NCBI GenBank assembly: GCA_963665115.1
Contig: OY762007.1
Span: forward strand, 1,152,001-1,216,000
Source of the DNA: an uncultured Rivularia sp.
GTDB lineage: Bacteria; Cyanobacteriota; Cyanobacteriia; Cyanobacteriales; Nostocaceae
Direction: 5' to 3'
Length of the DNA: 64,000 nucleotides
Below the pieces are notes generated by a model. It saw nothing but the letters and a program-made list of their open reading frames with translations. It searched no databases and was not told the origin of the DNA. Positions 43,450 to 55,136 of this stretch are shown here, one piece after another (positions within the stretch are counted from its first letter, which is position 1; each line of letters begins with the position of its first letter). The position numbers and the translations under genes were made by a program.

Positions 43450-43655
43450 TTTCTGATTATTAATTAATTAGATTTTTTTGTTGTTATAGTTAGTATTCCC
43501 AATTAATTTATCAATATTGCAATAATATTAAGTTCGGTAGGATTGGAATGATTAAAAAACCGTTGAGAGCGCTGAGAACGCAGAGGAAGAGGAAGAGAGA
43601 GGAAGTTTAAATAGTTCCGATACCTTCTGGGAAAAATATCGCTTGTATAGCACAC

Positions 43656-44729
43656 TTACCATAAAGACAACTGAACTATTTTCTCGGCAACATTATCAAG
43701 ATTTGACAGCGAAAGTCCTAATAATCGAATGCTGCGGTTGTTTAATTCGATAGTTTTAAATAATGCTTTTGCTTCGCTAAAAATCGGATTGAAATCGCTG
43801 GTTGGAATATTCAAAGTTCTGCTGCGGGTAATCTGCTGGTAATCGGAAAATTTTACTTTAAGTGTTATGGTTCTACCCGATGCTTGATGTTTATCGATAC
43901 GCTCTTTCAACGTAATCGCAATCTTTTCAAGTTCTTGTAATATCGATGATGTATCGCTTAAATCGATTGCAAAAGAATTTTCTGCCCCGATTGATTTACG
44001 AATGCGATTTGCTTCAACCGCTCGTTCATCTTTTGCCCTGGCAATATTGTAATAATAATAACCAGCTTTCCCAAACTGCCGTACTAAAAATTCGAGCGTT
44101 CGCCTTTTTAAATCTGCACCCGTGCGAATACCCAAATCGTTCATCTTAGCGGCTGTAACTCTACCAATACCGTGAAACTTTTTGATCGGTAAGGCTTCCA
44201 CAAATTCTTGCGCTTGTTCTGGTAAAATCACTGTCATGCCATTAGGCTTGTTTCTACCGGAAGCCATTTTTGCTAGAAACTTATTCATAGAAACCCCAGC
44301 GGATGCAGTCAAATTAGTTTCTTGAAATATTTCATTTCTAATTAACCGAGCAATAGTAGAAGCATAAGGAATATTTTGCTTGTTACTCGTCACATCGAGG
44401 TAAGCTTCATCTAGTGCGATGGGTTCGAGTAAATCGGTGTAACGTCTGAAAATAACCTGAATTTGGGATGATATGTTTCTGTATACTTCAAATCTAGGTT
44501 TTACAAAGATCAAATTCGGACATCTTGCAACTGCTATTTTTGACGGCATAGCAGAATGGATACCATATTTTCTTGCTTCATAACTCGCTGCTGCAACTAC
44601 ACCGCGTTGACTGGGTGAAGCACCGACTACCAATGGTTTACCTATATATTCTGGTTTATCCCGTTGCTCTACTGAAGCGTAGAAAGCATCCATATCAATG
44701 TGAATGATTTTTCGAGTTTGATTCGCCAT
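43656..44729 (-). CDS. dinB: DNA polymerase IV (Y family)
   Basis: HIDMDAFYASVEQ, ASYEARKYGIHSAM, LDEAYLD and NKFLAKMAS. Confidence 0.97.
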   Translation of the reverse strand: MANQTRKIIHIDMDAFYASVEQRDKPEYIGKPLVVGASPSQRGVVAAASYEARKYGIHSAMPSKIAVARCPNLIFVKPRFEVYRNISSQIQVIFRRYTDLLEPIALDEAYLDVTSNKQNIPYASTIARLIRNEIFQETNLTASAGVSMNKFLAKMASGRNKPNGMTVILPEQAQEFVEALPIKKFHGIGRVTAAKMNDLGIRTGADLKRRTLEFLVRQFGKAGYYYYNIARAKDERAVEANRIRKSIGAENSFAIDLSDTSSILQELEKIAITLKERIDKHQASGRTITLKVKFSDYQQITRSRTLNIPTSDFNPIFSEAKALFKTIELNNRSIRLLGLSLSNLDNVAEKIVQLSLW

Positions 44730-45035
44730 TACGCGAAAATAAAATTTTAACTATTTATGTACTAATACGGTATCTTCAAGGTTGATTATATACCTTAATT
44801 GTCATATTTTTAATAGCAATTGCATTAAATTTAACGGGTTCGTTTTTGCGGGAAACGTCCGGAGACGTAGCACTGCTACGTCTCTACAACCCATTGGAAT
44901 TAATGAAATGTACTACTACTCCACCACATTAATCATGCCGGGTATTAGTTCAGTCCTATTTATAGGAATGCCAAACTCCTGTAGCGAACCATTGCACGAA
45001 ATGTTAAATTTACTTTGCACGGTAACTAACTACAA

Positions 45036-47285
45036 TTAAGGTGCAGTAATCACGGCTACCGGACAATGGGCTTTTTTCAAAATCGCATCAACTCGATGGC
45101 CGAAGAAAACCCGCCCAGTTACCATGCGGATATTGCTACCAAGAATAATTAGGTCAAAGTTTTGATTTTCAGCATAGGTAAGAATTTCCATTTCTGCACT
45201 GGTTCCTTTAAGAATGCGGGTTTTGACATCAGCGCCAAAACTGCGACCAATTACAGCTTGTTGTTCGAGTAAATCGCTGGCAATATCTTTCATCGGGTTT
45301 AAGGTTCGCCTTTCATAAAGGATATACTCTATCGGCGGCAAGTTAATCACGTTGACGATTGTAATTATTGCCCCCGTCTGAGCAGCAATTGTACTCGCTA
45401 CCTCTACGGCATTTTTGCTGTATTCGGTTCCTACCGTGGGGACGAGAATGTTCTTTAACTGTTGTTGAGTGGTTCTAGAACTTTCTGCCTCGGCTTCACT
45501 TAAATGCGACTTGACCACCATTGTTGCACAAGGGGCTTCTTGAATTACCCGGTCAACTAATAAATTAAATAGTGAATCTTTGGAACGAGTTTTTTCGGAT
45601 GCTCCTAGCACAATTAAGTCATACCCTTTATTAGCTTCATTGATAATTGCTTCTACTTTATTAGATCCCAATTCTGTTTTTTTCTGAAGGGTGGCATCAG
45701 CAGGTAGCTGCATTACTTCAGAAGCAGCAGCAAAGGCTTCTTGAGCGACGGTATCTTTTACCGCTGTTGCTGCTTGACTTGCTTCAGCAGACTTTTCATT
45801 AGCATACAAAAGTGTTACTTCTGTATGATTTTGATGCGCCATATAGCCGACTAATTGCGCTGCAAGTTGGATGTTTGCACCACCGCGAGTGGGTATCAAA
45901 ACGCGATGTATCTGCTTAATAAAACTGCGGCTGGCGAGTTCTTCTTGCTCCAAACGTTGTGCTTCTTCTTCACCAATAGCCACTTTCGACAAAGACCAGC
46001 GCAATAGAGGTGGAGCCATCAGCGAAGTAATAATTGCCACCATTAAGATAATCGAATACATTTGGGGATTGAGAACACCCAAAGATAAACCAATTGTGGC
46101 TACGACAATTTCCATCGCTCCACGGGCATTCATCCCCGAACCCATCGCCATGCCTTCCCAATGGCTCAAACCGCCGACGCGAGAACCGAGGTAAGCTCCT
46201 GTAAATTTTCCTACACAGGCTACGGCAAGAACGAGCAGACCAAAGATGAAAGTTTGCGGAGCTAAAAGAGCCAGTAAATTAACTTTCAAGCCAGCTGAAG
46301 CGAAGAAAATCGGCGCGAGAAAAGCGGCGGTGAAAACTTCGAGGGTGCGACCGGCTTCACTATTGAAACGGCGCGATTGTCCGACGAGAATCCCCACCAC
46401 AAAAGCGCCCAAAGCGGCTTCTAAACCTAAGTACTGAGTAAAAGCTGCGGCCAGGAAGGATATAACCAGCAGCATCGATAAACTAGCGGTAACTCCGCCA
46501 ACTTTGTCATCTACCCAGCGGAATATTTGGTCTACAATTGTCCGTCCGATTGTGAAGGCGATCGCCAAAAATAAGATGGCGGCACTTACCGAACGAAAAA
46601 CAGTAGCGAAGTCAAATTTACCACTGCTAGCCAACCCGGAAACCACGGAAAGTAAAATCCAGCCGATGGTATCATCGGTCATTCCTGCTGCCAAAGTGAC
46701 TTGACCGATATCGCGGCGAATCAAATTCAAGTCCATCAGTACTTTGGCAATCACAGGCACCGCCGAAATACTCATCGCGGTGGCAATAAACAAGCTGAAA
46801 ACCAATCTCTTGCTGGGGTCTGCTAAAAAGTTCTCAGGTAAAAACCAGCCGAGTACGAATCCGGTAAGAAACGGAATCAAAATTCCACCGAGTGAAATCA
46901 GCAAAGCCGTTTTTCCCTTGCGGATAATCAACTTCAGGTCGGTTTCTAGCCCGGTGACAATCAGCAAACACAGCACGCCCAACCAAGAAACTACTGATAA
47001 TAGATCGGACTGTTGTTGGCTTTCGGGAAAAATCTGAACCTGTAAGCTGGGAAACAACAAGCCAAAGAATGAAGGGCCAAGCAGCACACCTGCAAGTAAT
47101 TCCCCGACAACAGGTGGGAAGTTAATTCGTCGCATTACCTCACCCAGTCCCCGCGAAACCAGCAGCAACAGCGATAGTTCTAACAGCACCAACAGCAACT
47201 GATGATGACCTAGCGGTTTAATTAAATGTCCGCCTGCCCCTTCGGGCGTTACAAGAAACTGAAGCATTAAGGACAGGTTTTCCAT
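45036..47285 (-). CDS. Cation:proton antiporter (CPA2) with two C-terminal universal stress protein domains
   Basis: Multi-TM domain (VGELLAGVLLGPS, MTDD, MNARG) and two USP domains (DLIVLGAS, DLIILGS..., AHCPVAVI). Confidence 0.9.
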   Translation of the reverse strand: MENLSLMLQFLVTPEGAGGHLIKPLGHHQLLLVLLELSLLLLVSRGLGEVMRRINFPPVVGELLAGVLLGPSFFGLLFPSLQVQIFPESQQQSDLLSVVSWLGVLCLLIVTGLETDLKLIIRKGKTALLISLGGILIPFLTGFVLGWFLPENFLADPSKRLVFSLFIATAMSISAVPVIAKVLMDLNLIRRDIGQVTLAAGMTDDTIGWILLSVVSGLASSGKFDFATVFRSVSAAILFLAIAFTIGRTIVDQIFRWVDDKVGGVTASLSMLLVISFLAAAFTQYLGLEAALGAFVVGILVGQSRRFNSEAGRTLEVFTAAFLAPIFFASAGLKVNLLALLAPQTFIFGLLVLAVACVGKFTGAYLGSRVGGLSHWEGMAMGSGMNARGAMEIVVATIGLSLGVLNPQMYSIILMVAIITSLMAPPLLRWSLSKVAIGEEEAQRLEQEELASRSFIKQIHRVLIPTRGGANIQLAAQLVGYMAHQNHTEVTLLYANEKSAEASQAATAVKDTVAQEAFAAASEVMQLPADATLQKKTELGSNKVEAIINEANKGYDLIVLGASEKTRSKDSLFNLLVDRVIQEAPCATMVVKSHLSEAEAESSRTTQQQLKNILVPTVGTEYSKNAVEVASTIAAQTGAIITIVNVINLPPIEYILYERRTLNPMKDIASDLLEQQAVIGRSFGADVKTRILKGTSAEMEILTYAENQNFDLIILGSNIRMVTGRVFFGHRVDAILKKAHCPVAVITAP

Positions 47286-47504
47286 ATAGTCGAACAGAAA
47301 TACTTGACGAATCTTGTCAAGCCGTTGGCTTAATTAAATACGGTGAAATTTAATTAAACATCAGTCGGAAGTCTTGACTTGAGATACCATTTATTGGGCT
47401 ACTAATAATTTCTTATGATAATTCTCAAACGACTGTTGATTTCTTACATTTTCCAAAGTGCGCTTGGAAATTGATGAAATGCCGTTCTTTTGATGCACTT
47501 GATT

Positions 47505-47725
47505 CTAGTAGTTCTTTTCATTAATTCTGAGGGGTTCGTTTTCGACCTAACGTCGGGAGACGTAGCACTGCTACGTCTCTACAACCCATCAAAACAAATG
47601 AAAAGGACTACTAGTAGTTGATTGCATAAATTCTGATGGGTACGTTTTCGACCTAACGTCGGGAGACGTAGCACTGCTACGTCTCTACAACCCATTAAAA
47701 CGGCTGGAAAAGGACTACTAGGAAG
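47505..47725. repeat. Tandem duplication (period about 105 bp) of a REP element with core GAGACGTAGCACTGCTACGTCTCTAC
   Basis: Two near-identical units; related copies at about 44815-44920, 52160-52270 and 14018-14050. Confidence 0.85.
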
Positions 47726-47847
47726 TTGTTAACATATGTGCAAAATCAAGCTGAATATTATTCGGCGAATAGAATTGGCAGCTACACAGGCAAAATCCAA
47801 ATGCGCGGATTTGAGATTTTCAAATCAATACCTGTAACTGGTAAAAG

Positions 47848-48616
47848 CTACCTATTTTCCCCAAGAATGGGTTTGTTCGATAAGTGTTGCAAGCCAACAT
47901 TATTTAATAGCTGCAACCAATCTCTAGCAAGAGTCTTATTCTGGGGATTTTCTCGACGAAGTTTGACTAATTCTGTTAAAGCTGAATACCAAATACCATT
48001 CTGAGCGTAAAAAGCAACTCGCTGACGGGGAGAAGCTACGCCACTTAATTGCTTTTGCTGGTTTGGTTGTAGGGCTACTCTTCGCACCCATCCGCGCACG
48101 TAAATAGGAGTAGTTGATTTATCGCGATCGCAATACAGTTTAAAATACCACTGGTAGGTTTTATCAATTTCTAAAGATTGCCCGGAAGCAAGACTAACAC
48201 CAACAATTCCTTCACCTTTATTTATCGGGAAATCGGGTCCGATATACATCATTATCAGCTTCATCTTGCAAGACAAATTCTCCTTTGGGTATCTTGCTCG
48301 ATTTATAAGGAATAAATAACCAAAATGTCGGATTAGATCCTACTACTTTACCAACTTGCTTTTCTGGAATTAAAGCAGTCAGCGGCATATCTGTAGCAGG
48401 ACAATCGTTACGGCTCCCCATTCCTCTTCTTTTCGTTGGTCTTCCTCGATTATCTCCACTTTGCTGCTTTTTTTTTTGCTGTATTTGGATTTTGGGAGCA
48501 TTTCTACTAATTTGGCTTTGTGATGCTGTTACTGGTTCATACCAACTTAAATTAGTCAACGTTAATAAGGGAATAATGCTAAATCTAGTTAGGTTTAATA
48601 TTTTATTTTTCATCAT
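47848..48616 (-). CDS. DUF928 family secreted protein, +1 frameshift at about 48236
   Basis: Signal peptide, GRPTKRRGMGSRNDC, LTALIP, PTFWLFIPY, YQWYF and YAQNGIWYSAL. Joins as VYRT|DFPIN after deleting one C in GGACCC. Confidence 0.85.
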
Positions 48617-48877
48617 AATTCTCCTTATCTTGAAAGTTTTATTTACATTTATTAAAAAAATTATTTTACATCAAATATTTTTGAATTGAATCATTGCAGA
48701 TAGCTTATCAAATTATCGATGAGGATTATAGAAAATAATTGTGTAACTTACGCATAACAATCCATAAGTTGTTTTATCTGTAAATATCTATTTAGTTGGA
48801 TTTTCTAAAATCTATGTTACTGTTTATTTTGTAGTTATTTCTGAAGAATATTGGAAATGAAATAAAAATAATTCGCT

Positions 48878-49093
48878 TAAGTCGGTTGGCACTAATAAAT
48901 CTAGCTATGTAACGAAAAGTAAAAATCTCAAACCCCTTGTGATGAGCCGCAGCTCAGACGCACCTCCGGTGAACGCTGAATGCTTCGTCGTGCCTCCATT
49001 CCCGCTTTTGGGAAGACTCCATGTTCAGCTTGCCTCACCGTTAGGGTAACGCAATGACAAATTATAGTTATGTTTATTTACACCCATCTACTT
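48878..49093. repeat. MITE-like element (TAAGT.GG...CC.ACTTA termini)
   Basis: Imperfect terminal inverted repeats; a related element lies at about 27305-27430. Confidence 0.5.
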
Positions 49094-49165
49094 ATTTAGT
49101 TATTTAGTTATTTAGTTTACTTAAATGACTTTTTGGATAATATTCTGTTCTTTTAAAGGAAAAAC

Positions 49166-49194
49166 TGCATAAATTTGTTTGAGGGGCACCTATA
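49166..49194 (+). promoter_or_regulatory. Candidate bipartite promoter TGCATAA-N16-CCTATA
   Basis: Matches the motif and spacing, 100 bp before ORF 49294. Confidence 0.68.
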
Positions 49195-49293
49195 TAGTGA
49201 GTAGAAGGATGGAGAAAGTTTTTTCATCTTCTGCAATTCAATTTTGCTGCAAAACAAAGTTCAAAAGTTTAGCGATTAGTAAGGATAAAAACC

Positions 49294-49647
49294 ATGAGCT
49301 TACAAGAAAATCAACCAAAATCAGAAACCACGGTTAATGAACAGTTAGAACAACTAAAAGATAAAATTGTTGATGCCCTCAGCAAGGCAATTAAAGATCC
49401 TGATATAGTCAATTCCATTGAGCAAGAGGATGGTTTACTAAAAAAATTAGTCAATGCTAAGTTTGTAATAGATTTGAATAAATTAAAGAAGAACGAAAAC
49501 TTAGAAATATGCTTACAAAATGAGCTTGATTTTAAGGAACCATCACCTAATGTACTCAACAATTGTGAATGTCAGTATATGGGAGAAACAGTAACATGTT
49601 GTGCATATAACAATCAGTTGTTCATCTTTATGTATGGAAAAAATTGA
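49294..49647 (+). CDS. Hypothetical 117-aa protein with a Cys-rich C-terminus
   Basis: AAGGA RBS; the tail reads NNCECQYMGETVTCCAY. Confidence 0.75.
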   Translation: MSLQENQPKSETTVNEQLEQLKDKIVDALSKAIKDPDIVNSIEQEDGLLKKLVNAKFVIDLNKLKKNENLEICLQNELDFKEPSPNVLNNCECQYMGETVTCCAYNNQLFIFMYGKN

Positions 49648-49835
49648 CATCATTTAACTGATTTTTGCTAACTTCATAACAAACATTTAACCGGACAGGA
49701 TATTTACATTCTCGGCTTTTCATTAGAAGTCGGGAATTTTTTTTATGTTTGTATGTCTAATATTAAATACTGCATCCTACATCATGTTACCAAAACGATG
49801 GTATTTTGTTGAGAGGTTCAATATGGAAATAGATC

Positions 49836-52137
49836 GTGAAAATTTCGAGGCATTGCTTCCAAAAAATTGCAGTTGCAATATTTTCGATTATCGCATTCTA
49901 CCCTAATGCTAATGCTCAAATCGTTCCTGATACAACTTTACCGAATAATTCGAGCGTAACTTCACAAGATAACATCAAACTGATTGAAGGTGGAACTCAA
50001 GCACAAACTAATCTATTTCATAGTTTTGAAGAGTTTTCCGTGCCTACTAATTCAACAGCATATTTTAACAATACAGCAAATATTCAAAATATTATTACCC
50101 GCATTACAGGAAAGTCTATCTCTAATATTGATGGCAAACTTCGTGCTAACGGTACGGCAAATTTATTTTTAATTAATCCTAATGGAATTGTTTTTAGCGA
50201 GAATGCTGCTTTAGATATTGGTGGTTCGTTTTTCGCAACTACCGCAAGTACTATTAACTTTACTGACGGTACAAAATTTAGCGCTACACAACCCCAAACA
50301 AAACCACTTTTAACTATAAATGTTCCTGCTGGGTTGCAATTTGGCACAACATCTGCATCCATCCGCAATCAATCCAAAGCTACTATTGATAATGCAAATA
50401 ATACATTTATACGACCTACGGGTTTACAAGTATCTACAGGCAAAACTTTAGCGTTGATTGGCGGTGATGTAATATTAGAAGGTGGCAATTTGAGCGTAGA
50501 TTCAGGACTAATTGAATTAGCTGCTGTTGCTAGTAATAGTTTAGTGAATCTCAACTCAACTGATAAAGGTTGGTTTTTAGGGTATGAAGGTGTAGATAAT
50601 TTTAGGAATATTCAACTAATTCAACGTAATGCTGATGGTTCAAAGATACAATCTTCTATAGAAGTTCGTAACAACGTAAACAGTGGTAACATTCAAATAC
50701 GAGGTGCAAAAGTTGAATTAATTGGTTTTAATATTATAAACCTAATTAATCAAATCGATCGAGATATTATCGATAATGGTAATTTGAATATTGATGCAAA
50801 CAAATTAGTTGCCCGAGATGGGGCACAAATAAGAAGTTCTAATAATGGCAACAGTTTCGGGGCAAATATAACAGTAAATGCCTCCGATTCGGTAGAAATC
50901 ATTGGTGGTTTTATTAGTCCCATTGGTTATATTTCTACTGCTTTGACTAGTAATACTGTCGCAGTTGGGAAAGCAGGTAATATTAACATTAACACCAGCA
51001 GAATGTTAATCCAAGATGGAGCCACTATCGGCGCTAACTCTATTGGTAAGAAATCGCAAAACTCTCAATTTTTTGCAGCTACAGGAGTAGCAGGAAATTT
51101 AACAGTAAATGCTTCTGATTCGGTAGAATTAATTGGCAGCTTTGAAACATATCCGAGCAGTTTGACTGCAAGTTCATTAGGTTTCACAAATGCGGGAAAT
51201 TTAACTATTTCCACAAAGCAATTAATTGTTAGAGATCGATCTGAAATTAGTGTCAGTAGCTTATTCACCCAAATTCCACAAAATGTAACTGTCATCGGCA
51301 ATGTAAGTAATATAGGAAATGCAGGAGAAACTCAGAATCACTGCCGATTCTATACTTTTAGATCGCCAAGGCAAGATAATTTCTGAAACCGACTCAGCAA
51401 ACGGAGGCAATATCAATCTTCAGTTAAAAGATTTATTATTAATGCGTCGCAACAGTCGAATTTCTACTAATGCAGGGAAAGCAGAATTTCTAGGTGATGG
51501 TGGTAATATCAGTATTAATATTCCCAATGGTTTCATAGTTGCCATACCTGAAGAAAACAGCGATATCACTGCGAATGCTTTTACTGGTAATGGTGGAAAA
51601 GTTGATATTAATGCTGTTGGTATTTTCGGCATTCAACCCCGCAGTCGAGATGAATTAACAGAACTTTTATCTCCTCAAAACCCCAGCGAATTAAATCCCC
51701 AAGAACTTTTAACCAGCGATATTACAGCAATTTCTCAGCAAAATCCAAATTTAAACGGTGAATTAAATATTATTGCAACTGATGTGGAACCGACAAGACA
51801 ATTAGTGGAATTACCAGAGATACCAGTTGATACGAAAGTTTCTCAAGTTTGCAGATTTCGTAGAGGTAATCAAAGCGAATTTGTCTTTTCTAGACGTGGT
51901 GGTTTACCTCCTTTACCAAGTGAAGCTTTGAGGGAGGATTCTGCTTTGGGTGTTGGTTGGGTGGAGGGAGAGATGGGGAGAAGAATCCAAAATCTAAAAT
52001 CTAAAATCCAAAATAGAAGAATTCAAAATCCAATTGTTGAAGCTACAGGTTTGGTTAAAGATGAAAATGGCGATATCTTGTTTGTTGCCGAGCAACCTTC
52101 TAAAAGTAGCGATAATTTTAAGAGGTTTGGTTGTTAA
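49836..52137 (+). CDS. Filamentous-haemagglutinin N-terminal (TpsA) protein, +1 frameshift at about 51329
   Basis: AQIVPDTTL, NLFHSF, NLFLINPNGI and C-terminal ENSDITANAF. Joins as NAGE|LRITAD. Confidence 0.88.
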
Positions 52138-52237
52138 CGATGTAATTTTTTTCTCTCTACTACTACTCCTTTTCATTAATTTTAACGGGTTGTAGAGACG
52201 TTATACATAACGTCTCCCGAAGATTACGGGAAAAACG

Positions 52238-52485
52238 AACCCTTCAGAATTTATGCAATCAACTACTACTCCACCACATAAGTTTTGCGGGGTAATCAAA
52301 ATGTAGTGGGAGCGTCTCGCTCCCTCGTGACAACCAGCGAGCTTTCCGGCTCGCACTCCCAGAACCCTTCAGAATTTATGCAATCAACTACTACTCCACC
52401 ACATAAGTTTTGCGGGGTAATCAAAATGTAGTGGGAGCGTCTCGCTCCCTCGTGACAACCAGCGAGCTTTCCGGCTCGCACTCCC
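52238..52485. repeat. Direct tandem duplication, period 125 bp, with internal palindromes
   Basis: AACCCTTCAGAATTTATG...GGCTCGCACTCCC starts at 52238 and again at 52363. Confidence 0.9.
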
Positions 52486-52595
52486 GAAACCCCGCAGAAT
52501 TATCGTGGTTAACTACTCCCTACTCCCCCAATCTCAGAATAAAATGCTTAAATTCTAAGAGAAGACAGGAGAACCTGAAGGTGAATGGCTGTTAG

Positions 52596-54959
52596 TTAAA
52601 TTAGTTTTTTTAGTCTGTAGGTTGCAATGCTACCGCTACCAGCCATCAAAGCAAACACTGAAGGAATAAAGGGTATCCAACCACCTTGAATTAATATTGT
52701 ATAGCAAAGAAAATATAATACAATTTGGGTTAAGCCTAAAGTTAATGCTAATTGCAAGGATGATTTACTTTTCCAAGCTAGCATTCCGCCAACTATTGCC
52801 CAACAGTAAATCCAAAGTGCTTCTGTCCATTTTGACCATACCCATAATAATGGTCTATTATCAAGCACTGCGCTAAGAATTTGACTTACCATATGTGCGT
52901 GTATAACTACCCCCGAAGTTTTCTTTTGTGGAGATGTGGCAGCACTATAGGATGTTGACCAATAATTATTAAAGCTTTGGGCGGTTGTGCCAATAATCAC
53001 AATTTTATCTCGAACTAAATCGGGTTTAATTTTATTGTTAAGCACGTCTTGAAGGGTAACATGGGTTGCAACTTCCCTTGTAGAACGCCAATTTAACATT
53101 ATTTGATAGCCGAGACTATCGATATTACTGTAACTACCGCTATTATCTTCTAAATATGGCAGAACAAAATTATTACCTGATTTGGGGTTTTCTTCTGGAT
53201 TGAGTTTGAATTCTCTGTTTTCTTGAGCTAAGTAACGCTCTGCTAATTGAAAGCTAAAGGATTTGTCGGTATTGCAAGGTTGTGCCGGAGTCATCGCTAA
53301 TAAATGACGGCGTAGAATTCCGTCCGAATCTTCTACAACGTCAGTAAAACCCAAATTTTGTGGGGATTCTGGAGGTGATGGTACGCCGGGGTTTTCATCT
53401 CCTTCGCTGACTTGACAAACTCCAATAAATTTGGAACTTGTTTTCATCCATTTAGCTAAATTTGCATATTTGGGTTTAACGGGATTATCTCGATAAATAT
53501 TTAAACCGATGATGCGGGGGTTATATTTTTCTAATTTATCGATCAATTTTGCTAAAGCGCCATCGGAAATTGACGCAGCACCTCTTTCATCGGCATTCTG
53601 TGCCTGTACATCTGGCTCAGTAATTTTTACGATCAAAATGCGATTATCTTTGCCTTCATCGGGACGCGATCGCATCATACTGTCAAATGCTCTAAGCTCC
53701 CAATGCTCTAATAATCCGAAACTTCGCGCTCCCACAATTGCTGTTGCGATCGCCAAACCAGCGCTTAAAACTACAGGTATAATTTGACGCAGATTTACGT
53801 GATGATTATTAAGTGTTTGCGAGTATTGAATGGGATTAGACCAAACTAAAGGTGCTTCGGTAGGATTTTGACATATCACTGGCAACCAACTTGCACAGGG
53901 AAATTCTGCTTCTAAACCTTGCAATTTTTCCCCAGCTTCGCGTACTGCCCGATAAAATGATTTAGATTCGGAAAAACCTGATAGGAAAAACTGTAAAAAT
54001 CTTTGTGCGACTAAATCCGGTACGGGTTCGCGCATGACAATCATTTGCGGTATATGTAATGAAGTTAATTGCGTTGCTAATCCCAAACCATCGCAAGAAT
54101 TAAAGATTGCTAACCGTAACCCCCGCGATATTGCCGCTCTCAAACCGTTTTTTAATTGCTCGATTGTTAAACTATCATCTCTGTTAATATAAATTCGCCC
54201 ACTTTCTCCATTTCCTTGACTCGAACTATGTCCGGCAAAAAATAAGATATCCCATCCTCTTTCATCCCACAGCATCAAATCTAATTCTTGACGCTGAGCT
54301 TCTACTAAAAAAATTGTTTCCGCACCAGGTAAATTTTCTAATATTAATCTATCTTCTTGAATATCAATATTTTCGCTATGACCTAATATTGCTAATATTC
54401 TGATTTTATCTCTGAATGGTTTGTAGCTGCTTTCTAACCGTTCAAAATCCAATTTACTCAAACAGAAAACAGCATTTGGGTAATCATCAAAAAAGTCCCA
54501 TAAGTTCCAAGGTAATCGCCGTATCTCATCTAAATCTGTTTGAATAATTACCTGAATCTCTTCGCTAGGATTTAATTTTGTGCGTAATTTTTGTTCTAAA
54601 TTAACAAAAGTAGGGCAGTTGAGCCAAGTATTAAACTTATTTTTTAAATTTTCACATAAATTATGAAATTCAACCGATGAAATATTAGTTACATCTTCTG
54701 AATCAATTTCAATTTCATCATCCGATTCATATTGCTGTCGCCAAGTCAAATCAGGAATCAAAGAATCATAAAGCAAATTGTAAAGAATCTGCCAGCGTGT
54801 ATAAAGTTGGGTAAGCTCTGGTGCCGCAGGTAAACTTCCAGTAAACTGAATGGGGAAAAGATTTACGTCTCCATCGCGCTCGTAAATTTGAGCGATCGCA
54901 CTATCAAATCCCTCTTGTAAGCTACCTTTTCCCAGATTTAATACGACTAATTTACTCAT
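52596..54959 (-). CDS. CHAT (caspase-clan) protease - TM - CHASE2 sensor - TM receptor
   Basis: CHAT motifs LPW, FFAGHS (His), IFNSCDG (Cys) and WLPVICQNP. CHASE2 motifs DNRILIVKI, DSDGILRR, DKIVIIGTTA and GVVIHAHMVSQIL, then three TMs. Confidence 0.9.
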   Translation of the reverse strand: MSKLVVLNLGKGSLQEGFDSAIAQIYERDGDVNLFPIQFTGSLPAAPELTQLYTRWQILYNLLYDSLIPDLTWRQQYESDDEIEIDSEDVTNISSVEFHNLCENLKNKFNTWLNCPTFVNLEQKLRTKLNPSEEIQVIIQTDLDEIRRLPWNLWDFFDDYPNAVFCLSKLDFERLESSYKPFRDKIRILAILGHSENIDIQEDRLILENLPGAETIFLVEAQRQELDLMLWDERGWDILFFAGHSSSQGNGESGRIYINRDDSLTIEQLKNGLRAAISRGLRLAIFNSCDGLGLATQLTSLHIPQMIVMREPVPDLVAQRFLQFFLSGFSESKSFYRAVREAGEKLQGLEAEFPCASWLPVICQNPTEAPLVWSNPIQYSQTLNNHHVNLRQIIPVVLSAGLAIATAIVGARSFGLLEHWELRAFDSMMRSRPDEGKDNRILIVKITEPDVQAQNADERGAASISDGALAKLIDKLEKYNPRIIGLNIYRDNPVKPKYANLAKWMKTSSKFIGVCQVSEGDENPGVPSPPESPQNLGFTDVVEDSDGILRRHLLAMTPAQPCNTDKSFSFQLAERYLAQENREFKLNPEENPKSGNNFVLPYLEDNSGSYSNIDSLGYQIMLNWRSTREVATHVTLQDVLNNKIKPDLVRDKIVIIGTTAQSFNNYWSTSYSAATSPQKKTSGVVIHAHMVSQILSAVLDNRPLLWVWSKWTEALWIYCWAIVGGMLAWKSKSSLQLALTLGLTQIVLYFLCYTILIQGGWIPFIPSVFALMAGSGSIATYRLKKLI

Positions 54960-55136
54960 ATTTCCGAGCAGGTAAACCTTTCGAGTATAAAATTATATTT
55001 TATTTTGACATCTTTGGGGGCTACTTAAATATTAAACAATTCTGTTTTTATAGTACGACTCCTTGAGCAAATATAGAATCTGTACCAAAAAAATGCTACC
55101 CAAATTACTAGCTGAATCTACTTGTTACTCATGCTT

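Noticed and set aside
44750..44780. LexA box upstream of dinB
   Set aside because: A GTAC half-site is present, but the spacing does not fit the cyanobacterial RGTAC-N4-GTWC consensus.
47622..47650. TGCATAA hits inside repeats or CDS (47623, about 52258 minus, about 13578, 59587)
   Set aside because: They lack the CC-YA element at the conserved spacing and are not positioned ahead of a gene start.
47505..47725. Possible CRISPR array (also 52238-52485 and 5081-5415)
   Set aside because: Only two or three units, the intervening sequence is duplicated rather than unique spacers, and there are no cas genes.
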